The notes under the pieces: model-generated
Database searches by the model: none
What the model saw: only the letters and a program-made list of their open reading frames with translations
What the model was told of the DNA's origin: nothing
Translations under genes and position numbers: made by a program
Shown here: positions 19,373-29,860 of the stretch, in pieces
Numbering within the stretch: position 1 is the first letter of the stretch
Layout of the letters: every line of letters starts with the position of its first letter
NCBI RefSeq assembly: GCF_036404135.1
Contig: NZ_DASWPE010000039.1
Location: forward strand, 3,219 to 67,218
Length of the DNA stretch: 64,000 nucleotides
Direction of reading: 5' to 3'
Origin: Rhodopseudomonas sp.
GTDB taxonomy: Bacteria; Pseudomonadota; Alphaproteobacteria; Rhizobiales; Xanthobacteraceae

Positions 19373-20242
19373 ATGCGCCGTTTGTGGCCAATTTCGCGGG
19401 TTCGGTTGTCGTTGCTGGCAATCGCCGTGACCGTGTCGCCTGCCGGGTTTTGCGGTGCCGCCGAGGCCGGCGCGCCGCCGGCGTTCCTGGCGCATCAGGC
19501 GCTGTATGAACTCAGCCTGTTGAAGGCGCGCGGCAATGCCTCGGTCAACAGCGTGCGCGGCCGCATCCTGTATAATTTCTCCGGCAGCGCCTGCGAAGGC
19601 TACAGCTCGGATTTCCGCCAGGTTTCCGAACTCGACAGCGGCGAGGGCAAGAACACGCTGAGCGATCTGCGCTCGACCAGCTGGGAAGACGGCGAGGGCA
19701 AGAGCTATCGCTTCAAGATCGACACCCGGATGAACGATGCCGATCCGAGCTCGGTCGACGGCATCGCCGAGCGCAACGGCGATCACGTCACCGTCAAGCT
19801 GAAGCGGCCGGCGGCCAAGACCTTCACGCTGGACGGCGCGACGGTGTTTCCCACCGAACAGATCCACCGCATCATCGAGGCGGCGCGGTCCGGCAAGTCG
19901 GTGCTCGAATTGTCGGTCTATGACGGCTCGGACAATGGCGAGAAGGTCTACAACACGCTGACCGTGATCGGCCAGCCGATCGCCGGCGACCGCGCGGTGT
20001 CGGCGCCGGATCCCTCCACCAGCTATGATGCGATGAAGTCATTGACCCGCTGGCCGGTGACGGTGAGCTACTACGACCGCGACACCAAGGCCAATTCCGG
20101 CGAGCAGACGCCGGTCTATGCGATGTCGTTCGAGCTCTATGAAAACGGCGTGTCGCGCGCGCTGGTGCTCGACTACAATGATTTCGTGATCGCCGGCGCG
20201 CTCGGTAAGTTCGATGTCAAGGACAGCAAGGCCTGCAAGTAA
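19373..20242 (+). CDS. eipB: Cell envelope integrity protein EipB (DUF1849) family
   Basis: Signal peptide; HQALYEL, GSACEGY, FPTE, ELYENGVS, C-terminal Cys. Confidence 0.8.
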   Translation: MRRLWPISRVRLSLLAIAVTVSPAGFCGAAEAGAPPAFLAHQALYELSLLKARGNASVNSVRGRILYNFSGSACEGYSSDFRQVSELDSGEGKNTLSDLRSTSWEDGEGKSYRFKIDTRMNDADPSSVDGIAERNGDHVTVKLKRPAAKTFTLDGATVFPTEQIHRIIEAARSGKSVLELSVYDGSDNGEKVYNTLTVIGQPIAGDRAVSAPDPSTSYDAMKSLTRWPVTVSYYDRDTKANSGEQTPVYAMSFELYENGVSRALVLDYNDFVIAGALGKFDVKDSKACK

Positions 20243-20308
20243 GCGCGTGACGTATGAGGGCGTGAAGTAATTTCTTCTTCTCTCTCCCGTTGTGGGAGAA
20301 GGAAGGAG

Positions 20309-21598
20309 TTACTCCCTCGGCTTCTCCGGCCCGTCATAGGCGATGCCCTTGATCACCGCGGCGCTGCCGAATTTCTTGCGCAGGTCGTCCATCGCGCGTT
20401 CGGCGTGGGCGGCGCGGGCGTCCAGCATGTCGGTGTCGTCGGCAGCCGAGCCCGGCGCCAGCGCGCTGACCCCGGTGCCGATCAGCCGGAACGCGGTGCC
20501 GTCGATTTCCTTGGCCAGCATGTCGCGCGACAGCGCGAAGATCTTGCCGGCGAGCTGGGTCGGCGCCTGAATGGTCTGCGCTCGGGTGCGCTGGCGGAAG
20601 TCCGCGGTCTTCAACTTCAGCGTGATCGTCGAGCCGGCGAGATCGGCGCTCTTCAACCGTGACGAGACTTTCTCCGACAGCCGCCACAGCACTTTCTCCA
20701 GCGTCGCCAGATCGCGAATGTCGGTCTCGAAGGTGGTTTCGTTGGAAATGCTTTTGGCGCCGCGGTCCGGCACCACGGCGCGGTCGTCGATGCCGCGGGC
20801 GAGACGCCACAGCCGTTGCCCTTCGGCGCCGAACTGCTTCATCAGATCGACCTCGGCGGCGCGCTGCAGATCGCCGATCAGGCGATAGCCTCGCGCGAAT
20901 AGCCGCTGTTCGGTGGCGGGGCCGACGCCGAAGATGAAGCCGACCGGGCGACCCGCCAGCATGGCGCGGGCGTCGTCCTGATCGAGCACCGCAAAGCCGC
21001 GCGGCTTGTCGAGATCGGAGGCGATCTTGGCGAGAAATTTGTTGCACGACAGCCCGACCGACACCGTGATGCCGATCTCGCGCTCGACCTTGGCGGCGAA
21101 CCGCGCCAGCACCTTGGCGGCGATCATGCCGTGCACGCGCTCGGTGCCGGCGAGATCGAGGAACGCCTCGTCGATCGACAAGGGCTCGACCAAGGGCGTC
21201 AGCGCCAGCATGGCGTGCCGCACCTCGCGGCCGACGCGGACGTATTTCGCCATGTCGGGGCGCACCACCGCGGCGTCGGGGCACAGCGCCAGGGCCTTGA
21301 ACATCGGCATCGCCGAGCGCACGCCATAGGTCCGCGCGATGTAGCAGGCTGCCGAGACCACGCCGCGCTTGCCGCCGCCGATGATCACCGGGCGGTCGGC
21401 GATCGCCGGATTGTCGCGCTTTTCGACGGTGGCGTAGAACGCGTCGCAGTCGATATGCGCCAGCGTCAGCGTGCCGAGCTTGGCGTGACGCACCAGCCGC
21501 GGCGAGCCGCAGCCGCCGCACCGCAGCCCCGCGCCGTCGGATTCGGCGAGGCAGTCGCGGCAGAAGCCGCGCGCCCTCGCGGGCGCTTCCGCGGTCAC
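20309..21598 (-). CDS. dinB: DNA polymerase IV
   Basis: HIDCDAFYA and SIDEAFLD motifs; N-terminal CxxC...CxxC; GTGA overlap with the upstream gene. Confidence 0.95.
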   Translation of the reverse strand: MTAEAPARARGFCRDCLAESDGAGLRCGGCGSPRLVRHAKLGTLTLAHIDCDAFYATVEKRDNPAIADRPVIIGGGKRGVVSAACYIARTYGVRSAMPMFKALALCPDAAVVRPDMAKYVRVGREVRHAMLALTPLVEPLSIDEAFLDLAGTERVHGMIAAKVLARFAAKVEREIGITVSVGLSCNKFLAKIASDLDKPRGFAVLDQDDARAMLAGRPVGFIFGVGPATEQRLFARGYRLIGDLQRAAEVDLMKQFGAEGQRLWRLARGIDDRAVVPDRGAKSISNETTFETDIRDLATLEKVLWRLSEKVSSRLKSADLAGSTITLKLKTADFRQRTRAQTIQAPTQLAGKIFALSRDMLAKEIDGTAFRLIGTGVSALAPGSAADDTDMLDARAAHAERAMDDLRKKFGSAAVIKGIAYDGPEKPRE

Positions 21599-21900
21599 GG
21601 CACGTCGCGTTCCCACGGCACTTCGTCGAGCGCCTGGCGCGCCGCGGCGATCGTGGTGGGATCGAGTTCGGATGCCACGGCGAACGCTTTCACGGTGTCG
21701 TCGTCGCGCAGCACGAAGTCCAGCACGCCGGCGAGGAATTGCGGGTCGGCCGCGGCCAGCCGCAGGGTTTCCGGGCCAAGCCCGGTCTCGGCCAGGAACC
21801 GGCCCAGCCGCTCGGGCTCCGAGGCGACGAAGGACAGGGCCTGGACTGCCACGATTTCAGCCACTTGGCGGGCTTTTCGATGATCCTTGCTCATCTGCAA
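21595..21900 (-). CDS. DUF3572 family protein
   Basis: ALSF...RFLAETGL...FLAGVLDF pattern; usual position between divK and dinB. Confidence 0.75.
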   Translation of the reverse strand: MQMSKDHRKARQVAEIVAVQALSFVASEPERLGRFLAETGLGPETLRLAAADPQFLAGVLDFVLRDDDTVKAFAVASELDPTTIAAARQALDEVPWERDVP

Positions 21901-22019
21901 TGTTTGCCTTTCCGTAACTTATAGTCTCTATTTTAATTCATCATGCCCGAGTCTTGCGGCGTGGCGAACAGGTTCGCTGGTCGCAGATCCGGGCATTCGT
22001 TTGGGGATTGGAGGGCGGG

Positions 22020-22385
22020 ATGGCAAAAACCGTCCTGATCGTGGAAGACAACGAGCTTAACATGAAGCTGTTTCGTGACCTGCTGGAAGCCCATGGCTAC
22101 CAGACGTCGGGAACCAGCAACGGTTATGAGGCGCTCGAACTCGTCCGCAAGCTTCACCCCGACCTGATCCTGATGGACATCCAGTTGCCGCAGGTCTCCG
22201 GTCTGGAGGTCACGCGCTGGATCAAGGACGATCCCGAACTGCGCGCCATCCCGGTGGTCGCGGTCACCGCCTTCGCTATGAAGGGCGACGAAGAGCGAAT
22301 CCGCGAGGGCGGCTGCGAGGCCTATCTGTCCAAGCCGATCTCGGTCGGCAAGTTCATCGAAACCGTTCGCCGCTTTATCGGGTAG
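22020..22385 (+). CDS. divK: Single-domain cell-cycle response regulator DivK
   Basis: [30 protein letters not shown]; upstream of pleD. Confidence 0.95.
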   Translation: MAKTVLIVEDNELNMKLFRDLLEAHGYQTSGTSNGYEALELVRKLHPDLILMDIQLPQVSGLEVTRWIKDDPELRAIPVVAVTAFAMKGDEERIREGGCEAYLSKPISVGKFIETVRRFIG

Positions 22386-22394
22386 GAGAGTTCG

Positions 22395-23768
22395 ATGTCC
22401 GCGCGGATTCTGGTGGTCGACGACATTCCCGCCAATGCCAAGCTGCTCGAGGCCCGGCTATCGGCGGAGTATTTCGACGTGCTGACCGCCTCCAGCGGCG
22501 CCCAGGCGCTGGAAATCTGTTCGCGCGCCACCTGCGATATCGTGCTGCTCGACGTGATGATGCCGGACATGGATGGTTTCGAGGTCTGCCGTCGGCTGAA
22601 GTCGAATCCGGCGACGCATTTCATTCCGGTGGTGATGGTGACCGCGCTCGACAGCGCGTCCGATCGGGTGCGTGGCCTCGAAGCCGGCGCCGACGATTTC
22701 CTCACCAAGCCGGTGTCCGACGTGGTGCTGATCGCGCGGGTGCGCTCGCTCACCCGCTTGAAGATGATGACCGACGAATTGCGGATGCGCGCGCTGACCT
22801 CGATGGAGATCGGCGTGCAGGCGCCGGAGCGCGAAGCGGTCGCCGAGACTGGCAAGGGCGGCCGCATCCTGCTGGTCGACGACCGGCCGTCGTCCTATGA
22901 GCGGCTGGCGCCGGTGCTGGCGGTCGAGCACGCCGTCGATGTCGAGACCAATCCGTCGGAAGCGCTGTTTCATGCCGCCGATGGCAATTACGATCTCTTG
23001 ATCGTCTCGCTGGGGCTGGAGAATTTCGACGGGCTGCGGCTGTGCAGCCAGGCCCGCTCGCTGGAGCGTACCCGCCACGTGCCGATTCTCGCCATCGCCG
23101 ACGCCGACAACAACACCCGGCTGCTGCGCGGGCTGGAGATCGGCGTCAACGATTACTTGCTGCGCCCGGTCGACAAGAACGAACTGCTGGCCCGCGCGCG
23201 CACCCAGATAAGGCGGCGGCGCTACACCGATCATTTGCGCGACAATGTGCAGAACTCGATCGAGATGGCGATCACCGACAGCCTCACCGGGTTGCACAAT
23301 CGCCGCTACATGGAGAGCCATCTCGCCACGCTGGCCGAGCAGGCCGGGGTGCGCGGCAAACCGCTGGCGCTGATGATGCTCGACATCGACTTCTTCAAGG
23401 CGATCAACGACAGCTACGGTCACGACGCCGGCGACGACGTGCTGCGCGAATTCGCGGTCAGGATCCGCAAATCGATCCGCGGCATCGATCTGGCCTGCCG
23501 CTACGGCGGCGAGGAATTCGTGGTGGTGATGCCGGAAACCGATCTTGGCGTCGCCGGCATGGTGGCGGAGCGGTTGCGTCGCGCCATCGCCGGCGAACTG
23601 TTCGCGATCGAGAAGGGCACCAAGCGGATCGAGGTCACGATCTCGATCGGGCTGTCGACGCTGGAAAAGAAGGGCGAGCCGATCGCCGACGTGCTGAAAC
23701 GCGCCGACACCGCGCTGTATCGCGCCAAGCATGACGGCCGCAACCGCGTGGTGGCCGCCGCGGCGTGA
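22395..23768 (+). CDS. pleD: Diguanylate cyclase response regulator PleD
   Basis: REC-REC-GGEEF architecture, RGID I-site. Confidence 0.95.
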   Translation: MSARILVVDDIPANAKLLEARLSAEYFDVLTASSGAQALEICSRATCDIVLLDVMMPDMDGFEVCRRLKSNPATHFIPVVMVTALDSASDRVRGLEAGADDFLTKPVSDVVLIARVRSLTRLKMMTDELRMRALTSMEIGVQAPEREAVAETGKGGRILLVDDRPSSYERLAPVLAVEHAVDVETNPSEALFHAADGNYDLLIVSLGLENFDGLRLCSQARSLERTRHVPILAIADADNNTRLLRGLEIGVNDYLLRPVDKNELLARARTQIRRRRYTDHLRDNVQNSIEMAITDSLTGLHNRRYMESHLATLAEQAGVRGKPLALMMLDIDFFKAINDSYGHDAGDDVLREFAVRIRKSIRGIDLACRYGGEEFVVVMPETDLGVAGMVAERLRRAIAGELFAIEKGTKRIEVTISIGLSTLEKKGEPIADVLKRADTALYRAKHDGRNRVVAAAA

Positions 23769-23832
23769 CAAGCCTGTCGGCGCCGCCCGCCCAGCAAAAC
23801 CGCCGCGTGACCATAACAGTCCGCGGCCGGTT

Positions 23833-23910
23833 GCAGCGCTTTCGATCGAAGCAGCGCTTTCGATCGAAGTGGATCCCGGTTCGCGTGAAAAAACGGGCCC
23901 AAATAAAAAA
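23833..23910. repeat. Degenerate rhizobial palindromic mini-element with 18-bp tandem duplication
   Basis: GCAGCGCTTTCGATCGAA twice (23833-23850, 23851-23868), then GTGGATCCCGGTTCGCGTGAAAAAACG. Confidence 0.65.
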
Positions 23911-23944
23911 TCGCGGAACGCTCCGATAGGCGCGGAGCGTTCCG
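23905..23944 (-). terminator. Intrinsic terminator
   Basis: CGGAACGCTCCG / CGGAGCGTTCCG 12-bp stem with T-run on the minus strand. Confidence 0.75.
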
Positions 23945-23962
23945 GAAACGGTGTCGGGCTCG

Positions 23963-24253
23963 TTACTTCGACATTCCGCTCATGCCGTTGCCGGTGCCGT
24001 CCTTCTGCGCGCTGCCACCCATGCCGGTGGTCGATGAGCCGTTCGACATGCCGCTGCCCGACATGCTGGACTTGGTGCTCTTCTTTTTCTTTTTCTTCGT
24101 GGCGGCGTTGGCATTCATCGGGTCCTGAGCGGTCTGCGCATTGGCAGCCGTCGGGCTGGTCGAGGCGCCGCCCTGGCTCTGGCTGGATTGGGCGAAGGCG
24201 AGGGTTCCGGTGAGCGCAACGAGGCACAGGCCGGCGCTGACTGACTTGATCAT
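23963..24253 (-). CDS. Small secreted low-complexity hypothetical protein
   Basis: Signal peptide ending LAFA-Q, Lys6 tract, Ser/Gly/Met-rich tail; RBS GGAG; own promoter and terminator. Confidence 0.75.
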   Translation of the reverse strand: MIKSVSAGLCLVALTGTLAFAQSSQSQGGASTSPTAANAQTAQDPMNANAATKKKKKKSTKSSMSGSGMSNGSSTTGMGGSAQKDGTGNGMSGMSK

Positions 24254-24321
24254 GGCTGTCTCCGAAAACTGTCCCAAAAACTGACGCAAGAAACTGGCGC
24301 GAGAGAATTGTCACTCCGATC

Positions 24322-24346
24322 AACCCGGGGTGCGACATATCGTTCC
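24322..24346 (-). promoter_or_regulatory. EcfG (general stress sigma)-type promoter
   Basis: GGAAC-N16-GGTT on the minus strand, about 70 bp before the ATG at 24253. Confidence 0.65.
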
Positions 24347-24436
24347 AGAGACGCCGTATCCGGCGATGATTTCTCTCCCCCGTCGCAACCCGGCGCACGC
24401 CGCCCGCGGCCGCCGCCGCAAATCATGTCGACTGCG

Positions 24437-24454
24437 TTAACGCTCTGGCAACCA
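24437..24454 (+). promoter_or_regulatory. Relaxed CtrA-box-like site upstream of ftsW
   Basis: TTAA-N7-GCAACCA versus consensus TTAA-N7-TTAAC. Confidence 0.35.
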
Positions 24455-24496
24455 CGATGGGGGACCTTGGCGGACCCCTTGCCAGCAGGATGGCCG

Positions 24497-25648
24497 ATGA
24501 TCTCCCGTGAACAGCGCACACCGTTCAGCGAATGGTGGTGGACCGTGGACAAGCTGCTGCTGGCGGCGCTGGTCGTGCTGATTCTCGGCGGCGTGATCCT
24601 GTCGCTGGCAGCGTCGCCGCCGGTGGCGACGCGGATCGGGCTCGACCCGTTCCACTTCTTCAACCGCCACGTCATGTTCCTGCTGCCGTCCTTCATCGTG
24701 CTGATCGCGGTGTCGTTCCTGTCGCCGCGGCAGATCCGGCGCTCGGCGCTGATCGTGTTCGCGGTTTCGATCGCGCTGATCGTGGCGACGCTGCTGATCG
24801 GCCCGGAAGTGAAGGGCTCGCGGCGCTGGATCACCATTCTCGGCCTCAACATCCAGGCCTCGGAATCCGCCAAGCCGGCCTTCGTGGTGCTGGCGGCGTG
24901 GCTGTTTTCGGAATCCGCGCGGCGCCCGGAAATGCCGGCGACCTCGATGGCGGTGGTGCTGTTGATCATGCTGGTGTCGCTGTTGGTGATGGAGCCGGAT
25001 TTCGGCCAGACCATGCTGATCCTGATGGTATGGGGCTCGGTGTTCTTCATCGCCGGGATGCGCATCGTCTGGGTGATGGGGCTGGCCGGGCTCGCCTCGG
25101 GCGGGCTGTTCGCCGCCTATCTGTTCGTGCCGCACGTCGCCGGCCGCATCAAACGCTTCATGAACCCGGCCTCCGGCGACACCTTCCAGGTCGATACCGC
25201 GATGGAGGCGTTCAGCAATGGCGGCTGGTTCGGGCTCGGGCCGGGCGAGGGCATCGCCAAGCGCAGCCTGCCGGACAGCCACACCGATTTCGTGTTCGCG
25301 GTCGGCGCCGAGGAATTCGGCATCATCCTGTGCCTGGCGCTGTTGGCGCTGTTCGCCTTCATCGTGATCCGCACATTGTCGCGGGCGTATTCCTGCGAGG
25401 ACCTGTTTTCGCGGTTTGCCGCCTCGGGCCTCGCCATCCTGTTCGGGGTGCAGGCCGCGATCAACATGGCGGTGAACCTGCAACTGATTCCGGCCAAGGG
25501 CATGACGTTGCCGTTCATCTCCTATGGCGGCTCGTCGATGATCTCGCTGGCCTATGGCGTCGGCATGATGTTGGCGCTAACCAGACTGCGGCCGCGGGTC
25601 GAGATGGAATCGATCGGCGACGCCACCGCGGCGCCGACCTACGCCTGA
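24497..25648 (+). CDS. ftsW: Cell division SEDS protein FtsW
   Basis: GSRRWI, LPDSHTDF and LPFISYGGSS motifs. Confidence 0.95.
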   Translation: MISREQRTPFSEWWWTVDKLLLAALVVLILGGVILSLAASPPVATRIGLDPFHFFNRHVMFLLPSFIVLIAVSFLSPRQIRRSALIVFAVSIALIVATLLIGPEVKGSRRWITILGLNIQASESAKPAFVVLAAWLFSESARRPEMPATSMAVVLLIMLVSLLVMEPDFGQTMLILMVWGSVFFIAGMRIVWVMGLAGLASGGLFAAYLFVPHVAGRIKRFMNPASGDTFQVDTAMEAFSNGGWFGLGPGEGIAKRSLPDSHTDFVFAVGAEEFGIILCLALLALFAFIVIRTLSRAYSCEDLFSRFAASGLAILFGVQAAINMAVNLQLIPAKGMTLPFISYGGSSMISLAYGVGMMLALTRLRPRVEMESIGDATAAPTYA

Positions 25649-25679
25649 CGGCGCGCCGCGACGACGATGGCGAAATGAG

Positions 25680-26807
25680 ATGGCACAGATGGCACCGTTG
25701 ATCATGCTCGCCGCCGGCGGCACCGGCGGTCACCTGTTTCCCGCCGAGGCGCTCGGCGTCGCGCTGATGAAGCGCGGCCTGCGGGTGCGGCTGGTCACCG
25801 ATCTGCGCGCGCTGCGCTACAGCGGGCTGTTCTCGCGTGACATGGTCGCCGTGGTGCCGAGCGAGACCTTTCGCGGCCGCTCGCCCACGGCGATTGCGCG
25901 CACCGCGCTGCGGCTCGGCACCGGCACGCTGATGGCGCTCAGTCTGATGCTGCGGCTGAAACCCGCCGCGGTGATCGGCTTCGGCGGCTATCCGACGCTG
26001 CCGCCGCTGTTGGCGGCGCGGATGTTCGGCATTCCGACGTTGGTGCACGATTCCAACGCGGTGATGGGGCGCGCCAACCGCTTCCTCTCCAACAAGGTCA
26101 CGGCGATCGCCACCTCCTTGCCCGGGGTGCTGGATCGCGATCCGGCGCTGGCGGCCAAGACCACCACCACCGGCACGCCGATGCGTCCGGCGATTCTCGC
26201 CGCGGCGGCGGTGCCGTTCGTGGCGCCGCAGCCGGAGGGGCCGCTGCGCTTGCTGGTGGTCGGCGGCAGCCAGGGCGCCCGGATCATGGCGGATATCGTC
26301 CCGGGCGCGATCGAGAAACTCGGCCCGGCGCTGTGGCCGCGGCTGGTGGTGGTGCAACAGGTCCGCGACGAGGACATGGCGCGGGTTCGCGCGGTCTATG
26401 ACCGGCTGAAACTGAATTTCGAGCTGGAGCCGTTCTTCAACGACCTGCCGGCGCGGCTCGCCGCCAGCCATCTGGTGATCTCGCGCTCCGGCGCCGGCAC
26501 GGTGGCCGAACTTGCCGCGATCGGCCGGCCGTCAATCCTGGTGCCGCTGCCCGGCGCGCTGGATCAGGATCAGTTCGCCAATGCCGGGGTGCTGTCGCAG
26601 GCCGGCGGCGCGATCCGCATCGCCCAGGATGAGTTTACGTCCACCCGGCTGTCGCAGGAAATTTCCGCGCTCGCCGCCGAGCCGGCGCGATTGACCGCGA
26701 TGGCCGCCGCGGGCCGCAGCGCCGGCCGACTCGACGCCGCCGAACGGCTCGCCGATCTGGTCGTCAAGGTGGCGGGAATTCCGTCGAAGTCGCCGCAGTT
26801 CCAATAG
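25680..26807 (+). CDS. murG: Lipid II GlcNAc transferase MurG
   Basis: GGTGGH, GGY, GGSQGA and SRSGA motifs. Confidence 0.96.
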   Translation: MAQMAPLIMLAAGGTGGHLFPAEALGVALMKRGLRVRLVTDLRALRYSGLFSRDMVAVVPSETFRGRSPTAIARTALRLGTGTLMALSLMLRLKPAAVIGFGGYPTLPPLLAARMFGIPTLVHDSNAVMGRANRFLSNKVTAIATSLPGVLDRDPALAAKTTTTGTPMRPAILAAAAVPFVAPQPEGPLRLLVVGGSQGARIMADIVPGAIEKLGPALWPRLVVVQQVRDEDMARVRAVYDRLKLNFELEPFFNDLPARLAASHLVISRSGAGTVAELAAIGRPSILVPLPGALDQDQFANAGVLSQAGGAIRIAQDEFTSTRLSQEISALAAEPARLTAMAAAGRSAGRLDAAERLADLVVKVAGIPSKSPQFQ

Positions 26808-26954
26808 GTTGGCGGAGATCAACGGGGCCTTGCCGGAGTTGATGCTTTAAATCCGGCTGCGCTCGGTATACCGAGGGTGCCGCATCCACACCTTTGACGG
26901 CGCCGTGGACGACCGGCCCGCGCCGGCGCGCACCCAACCAGCGAGAACCATCCC

Positions 26955-28358
26955 ATGAGACTGCCGCGCGAGATCGGACCCATTCACTTCGTCGGGATCG
27001 GCGGCATCGGCATGAGCGGCATCGCCGAGGTGTTGTGCAATCTGGGCTACACCGTACAGGGCTCCGACGCCTCCGAAGGCGCCAATGTCGCCCGGCTGCG
27101 GGACAAAGGCATCGACATCCATGTCGGCCACAAGGCCGAAAACGTCGCCGGCGCCGACGTCGTCGTGGTGTCGACCGCGATCAAGCGCGACAATCCGGAA
27201 TTGCTGGCGGCCCGCGCGCAGCGCATCCCGGTGGTGCGCCGCGCCGAAATGCTCGCCGAACTGATGCGGCTGAAAAGCTGCGTCGCGATCGCCGGCACCC
27301 ACGGCAAGACCACCACCACCTCGATGGTCGCGGCGTTGCTCGACGCCGGCGAATTCGATCCCACCGTGATCAATGGCGGCATCATCAACGCCTACGGCAC
27401 CAACGCGCGGCTCGGCGCCGGCGAGTGGATGGTGGTGGAAGCCGACGAGAGCGACGGTACCTTTCTGAAGCTGCCGGCCGACGTTGCCATCGTCACCAAT
27501 GTCGATCCCGAACATCTCGATCACTTCAAGACCTTCGAGGCGGTGCAGGAGGCGTTCCGCGACTTCGTCGAGAACGTGCCGTTCTACGGCTTCGCGGTGA
27601 TGTGCATCGATCATCCGGTGGTGCAGGCTCTGGTCGGCAAGATCGAGGACCGCCGCATCATCACTTACGGGCAGAATCCGCAGGCCGACGTGCGGCTGCT
27701 CGATCTCAAACCCAACGGAGGCAGTTCGGCTTTCCGGGTGGCGTTCCGCGACCGCAAGGCGGGCACCGCGCACGAGATCGCCGATCTAGTGTTGCCGATG
27801 CCGGGGCGGCACAACGCGCTCAACGCCACCGCGGCGATCGCGGTCGCGCATCAGTTGGGATTGAGCGACGACACCATCCGCAAGGCGCTGGCCGGTTTCG
27901 GCGGGGTGCGGCGGCGCTTCACCAAGACCGGCGAATGGAACGGCGTTGCCATCATCGATGACTACGGCCATCACCCGGTGGAGATCGCCGCGGTGCTGAA
28001 GGCGGCGCGAGAATCCACCAAGGGCAAGGTGATCGCGGTGGTGCAGCCGCATCGCTTCACCCGATTGCAGTCGCTGTTCGAGGAGTTCTGCACCTGCTTT
28101 AACGACGCCGACACGGTGATCGTCGCCGAGGTCTATCCGGCCGGCGAGGCACCGATCGAAGGCGTCGACCGCGATCACTTCGTGCTCGGGCTGCGCGCCC
28201 ACGGCCACCGCGAGGTGATCCCGCTGCAGGACTCCGCGGCGCTGGCGAGCGTGGTGCACGGCGCCGCGCACAGCGGCGACTACGTGGTCTGTCTCGGCGC
28301 CGGCAACATCACGCAATGGGCCTACGCGCTGCCGGGCGAGTTGAAGGCGCTGGATTAA
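26955..28358 (+). CDS. murC: UDP-N-acetylmuramate--L-alanine ligase
   Basis: [23 protein letters not shown] and DDYGHHP motifs. Confidence 0.97.
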   Translation: MRLPREIGPIHFVGIGGIGMSGIAEVLCNLGYTVQGSDASEGANVARLRDKGIDIHVGHKAENVAGADVVVVSTAIKRDNPELLAARAQRIPVVRRAEMLAELMRLKSCVAIAGTHGKTTTTSMVAALLDAGEFDPTVINGGIINAYGTNARLGAGEWMVVEADESDGTFLKLPADVAIVTNVDPEHLDHFKTFEAVQEAFRDFVENVPFYGFAVMCIDHPVVQALVGKIEDRRIITYGQNPQADVRLLDLKPNGGSSAFRVAFRDRKAGTAHEIADLVLPMPGRHNALNATAAIAVAHQLGLSDDTIRKALAGFGGVRRRFTKTGEWNGVAIIDDYGHHPVEIAAVLKAARESTKGKVIAVVQPHRFTRLQSLFEEFCTCFNDADTVIVAEVYPAGEAPIEGVDRDHFVLGLRAHGHREVIPLQDSAALASVVHGAAHSGDYVVCLGAGNITQWAYALPGELKALD

Positions 28359-28454
28359 AACGCCGGGATTCAGGTGAGCGGATAGGGTTGACGATCGCCC
28401 TATGGTAGCGTTTACTTTTCACTGCAACCAAAATCTTGCAGGAAAGGGAGTGCC

Positions 28455-28751
28455 ATGGCTACGACATTGACAGTCACTCACGCAGATAATGAAGTTGCAG
28501 CAATTCTCAACGGCGTTGTCGTCTACGACAAGAAGACCGAAGGCAATCCTCCAATCAACGATCAGGTGCCGCTCGATCCCTATCTCGCCGCGGGCCTGAA
28601 CGTGCTGGCCATCACAGGCATCAACTGGGGCGGCCCGGCGACATTTTCCGGAGCTGTGACCGTGGGGGCGGTGGTGACGCCGTTCAATTTCGCTGCGGCG
28701 TCAACGCCGAACGGCATGGTTTTCAACCAGACCTTCGTCATTCCGCACTGA
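28455..28751 (+). CDS. Small beta-rich hypothetical protein (lectin/jelly-roll-like)
   Basis: 98 aa; RBS AGGGAG; ADN...LNG and GLNVLAI..INWGGPA pattern. Confidence 0.7.
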   Translation: MATTLTVTHADNEVAAILNGVVVYDKKTEGNPPINDQVPLDPYLAAGLNVLAITGINWGGPATFSGAVTVGAVVTPFNFAAASTPNGMVFNQTFVIPH

Positions 28752-28914
28752 TCGACCGATCGCCGAGCATCGCGCCTGATCTCGGTTAGCGACTGTTGCA
28801 CCGCTCGATCCATCGGGTCGGGCGGTGCATTTTGCCGTTGGTGCAGTGCGCGGCGCTTCCGATGTCGGAGCCGCGTGACAAGGCTGTGCGGCACGATGTA
28901 TGGCAACGTCTGCC

Positions 28915-29853
28915 ATGACCTTTCCCGACCTCATCCCCAAGCTCAAAGCCGCGATGCCGCGCCTGCGCGGCCGGCTGCTCGCCAACGAGCCGCTGGCACC
29001 GCTGACCTGGTTTCGCGTCGGCGGGCCGGCGCAAGCGCTGTTCACGCCGGCCGATGAGCAGGACCTCGGATATTTTCTCGGCGCCTTGCCGCACGAGATC
29101 GACGTCACCGTGGTCGGCGTCGGCTCCAATCTGATCGTGCGCGACGGCGGCCTGCCGGGCGTGGTGATCCGGCTCGGCGGGCGCGGCTTCGGCGAAATCA
29201 GCACCGACGGCGACGTCGTCAGCGCCGGCACCGCCGCGCTCGACAAGCGCGTCGCGGAGGCCGCGGCCGCAGCCGGGCTCGGCGGGCTGGAGTTCTATCA
29301 CGGCATTCCCGGTACCGTCGGCGGCGCGCTGCGGATGAATGCCGGCGCCAATGGACGCGAGACCAAGGACGTGCTGATCGAGGCCAGCGCGATTTCGCGC
29401 GACGGCACGCTGCATCGACTGAGCAACGCCGAGATGGCGTTCGGCTATCGCCACAGCGGCGCCGATCCAACCCTGATCTTCACGTCGGCGCGGTTTCGCG
29501 GCGCGGCGATGGACCGCGACGCGATCCGCACCCGGATGGACGAGGTGCAGCGCCATCGCGAGACGGCGCAGCCGGTGCGGGAAAAGACCGGCGGCTCGAC
29601 CTTCAAGAATCCGCCGGGCCACTCAGCCTGGAAGCTGATCGACGCCGCCGGCTGTCGCGGTCTGCGGGTCGGCGGCGCGCAGGTCTCGGAACTGCACTGC
29701 AATTTCCTGATCAACACCGGAGCCGCCACCGCGCAGGATATCGAAACCCTCGGCGACACCGTGCGGGCGCGGGTGAAAGATCATTGCGGCATCGAGCTGC
29801 ACTGGGAGATCAAGCGGATCGGGATCGCGGCGGAAGAGGGCGCGCCGCGCTGA
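28915..29853 (+). CDS. murB: UDP-N-acetylenolpyruvoylglucosamine reductase
   Basis: [21 protein letters not shown] and GSTFKNP motifs. Confidence 0.96.
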   Translation: MTFPDLIPKLKAAMPRLRGRLLANEPLAPLTWFRVGGPAQALFTPADEQDLGYFLGALPHEIDVTVVGVGSNLIVRDGGLPGVVIRLGGRGFGEISTDGDVVSAGTAALDKRVAEAAAAAGLGGLEFYHGIPGTVGGALRMNAGANGRETKDVLIEASAISRDGTLHRLSNAEMAFGYRHSGADPTLIFTSARFRGAAMDRDAIRTRMDEVQRHRETAQPVREKTGGSTFKNPPGHSAWKLIDAAGCRGLRVGGAQVSELHCNFLINTGAATAQDIETLGDTVRARVKDHCGIELHWEIKRIGIAAEEGAPR

Positions 29854-29860
29854 CCGACGA

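Noticed and set aside
20270-20308. TCTCCCGTTGTGGGAGA hairpin as a separate mobile element
   Set aside because: A single short hairpin; probably a repeat remnant acting as terminator between eipB and dinB
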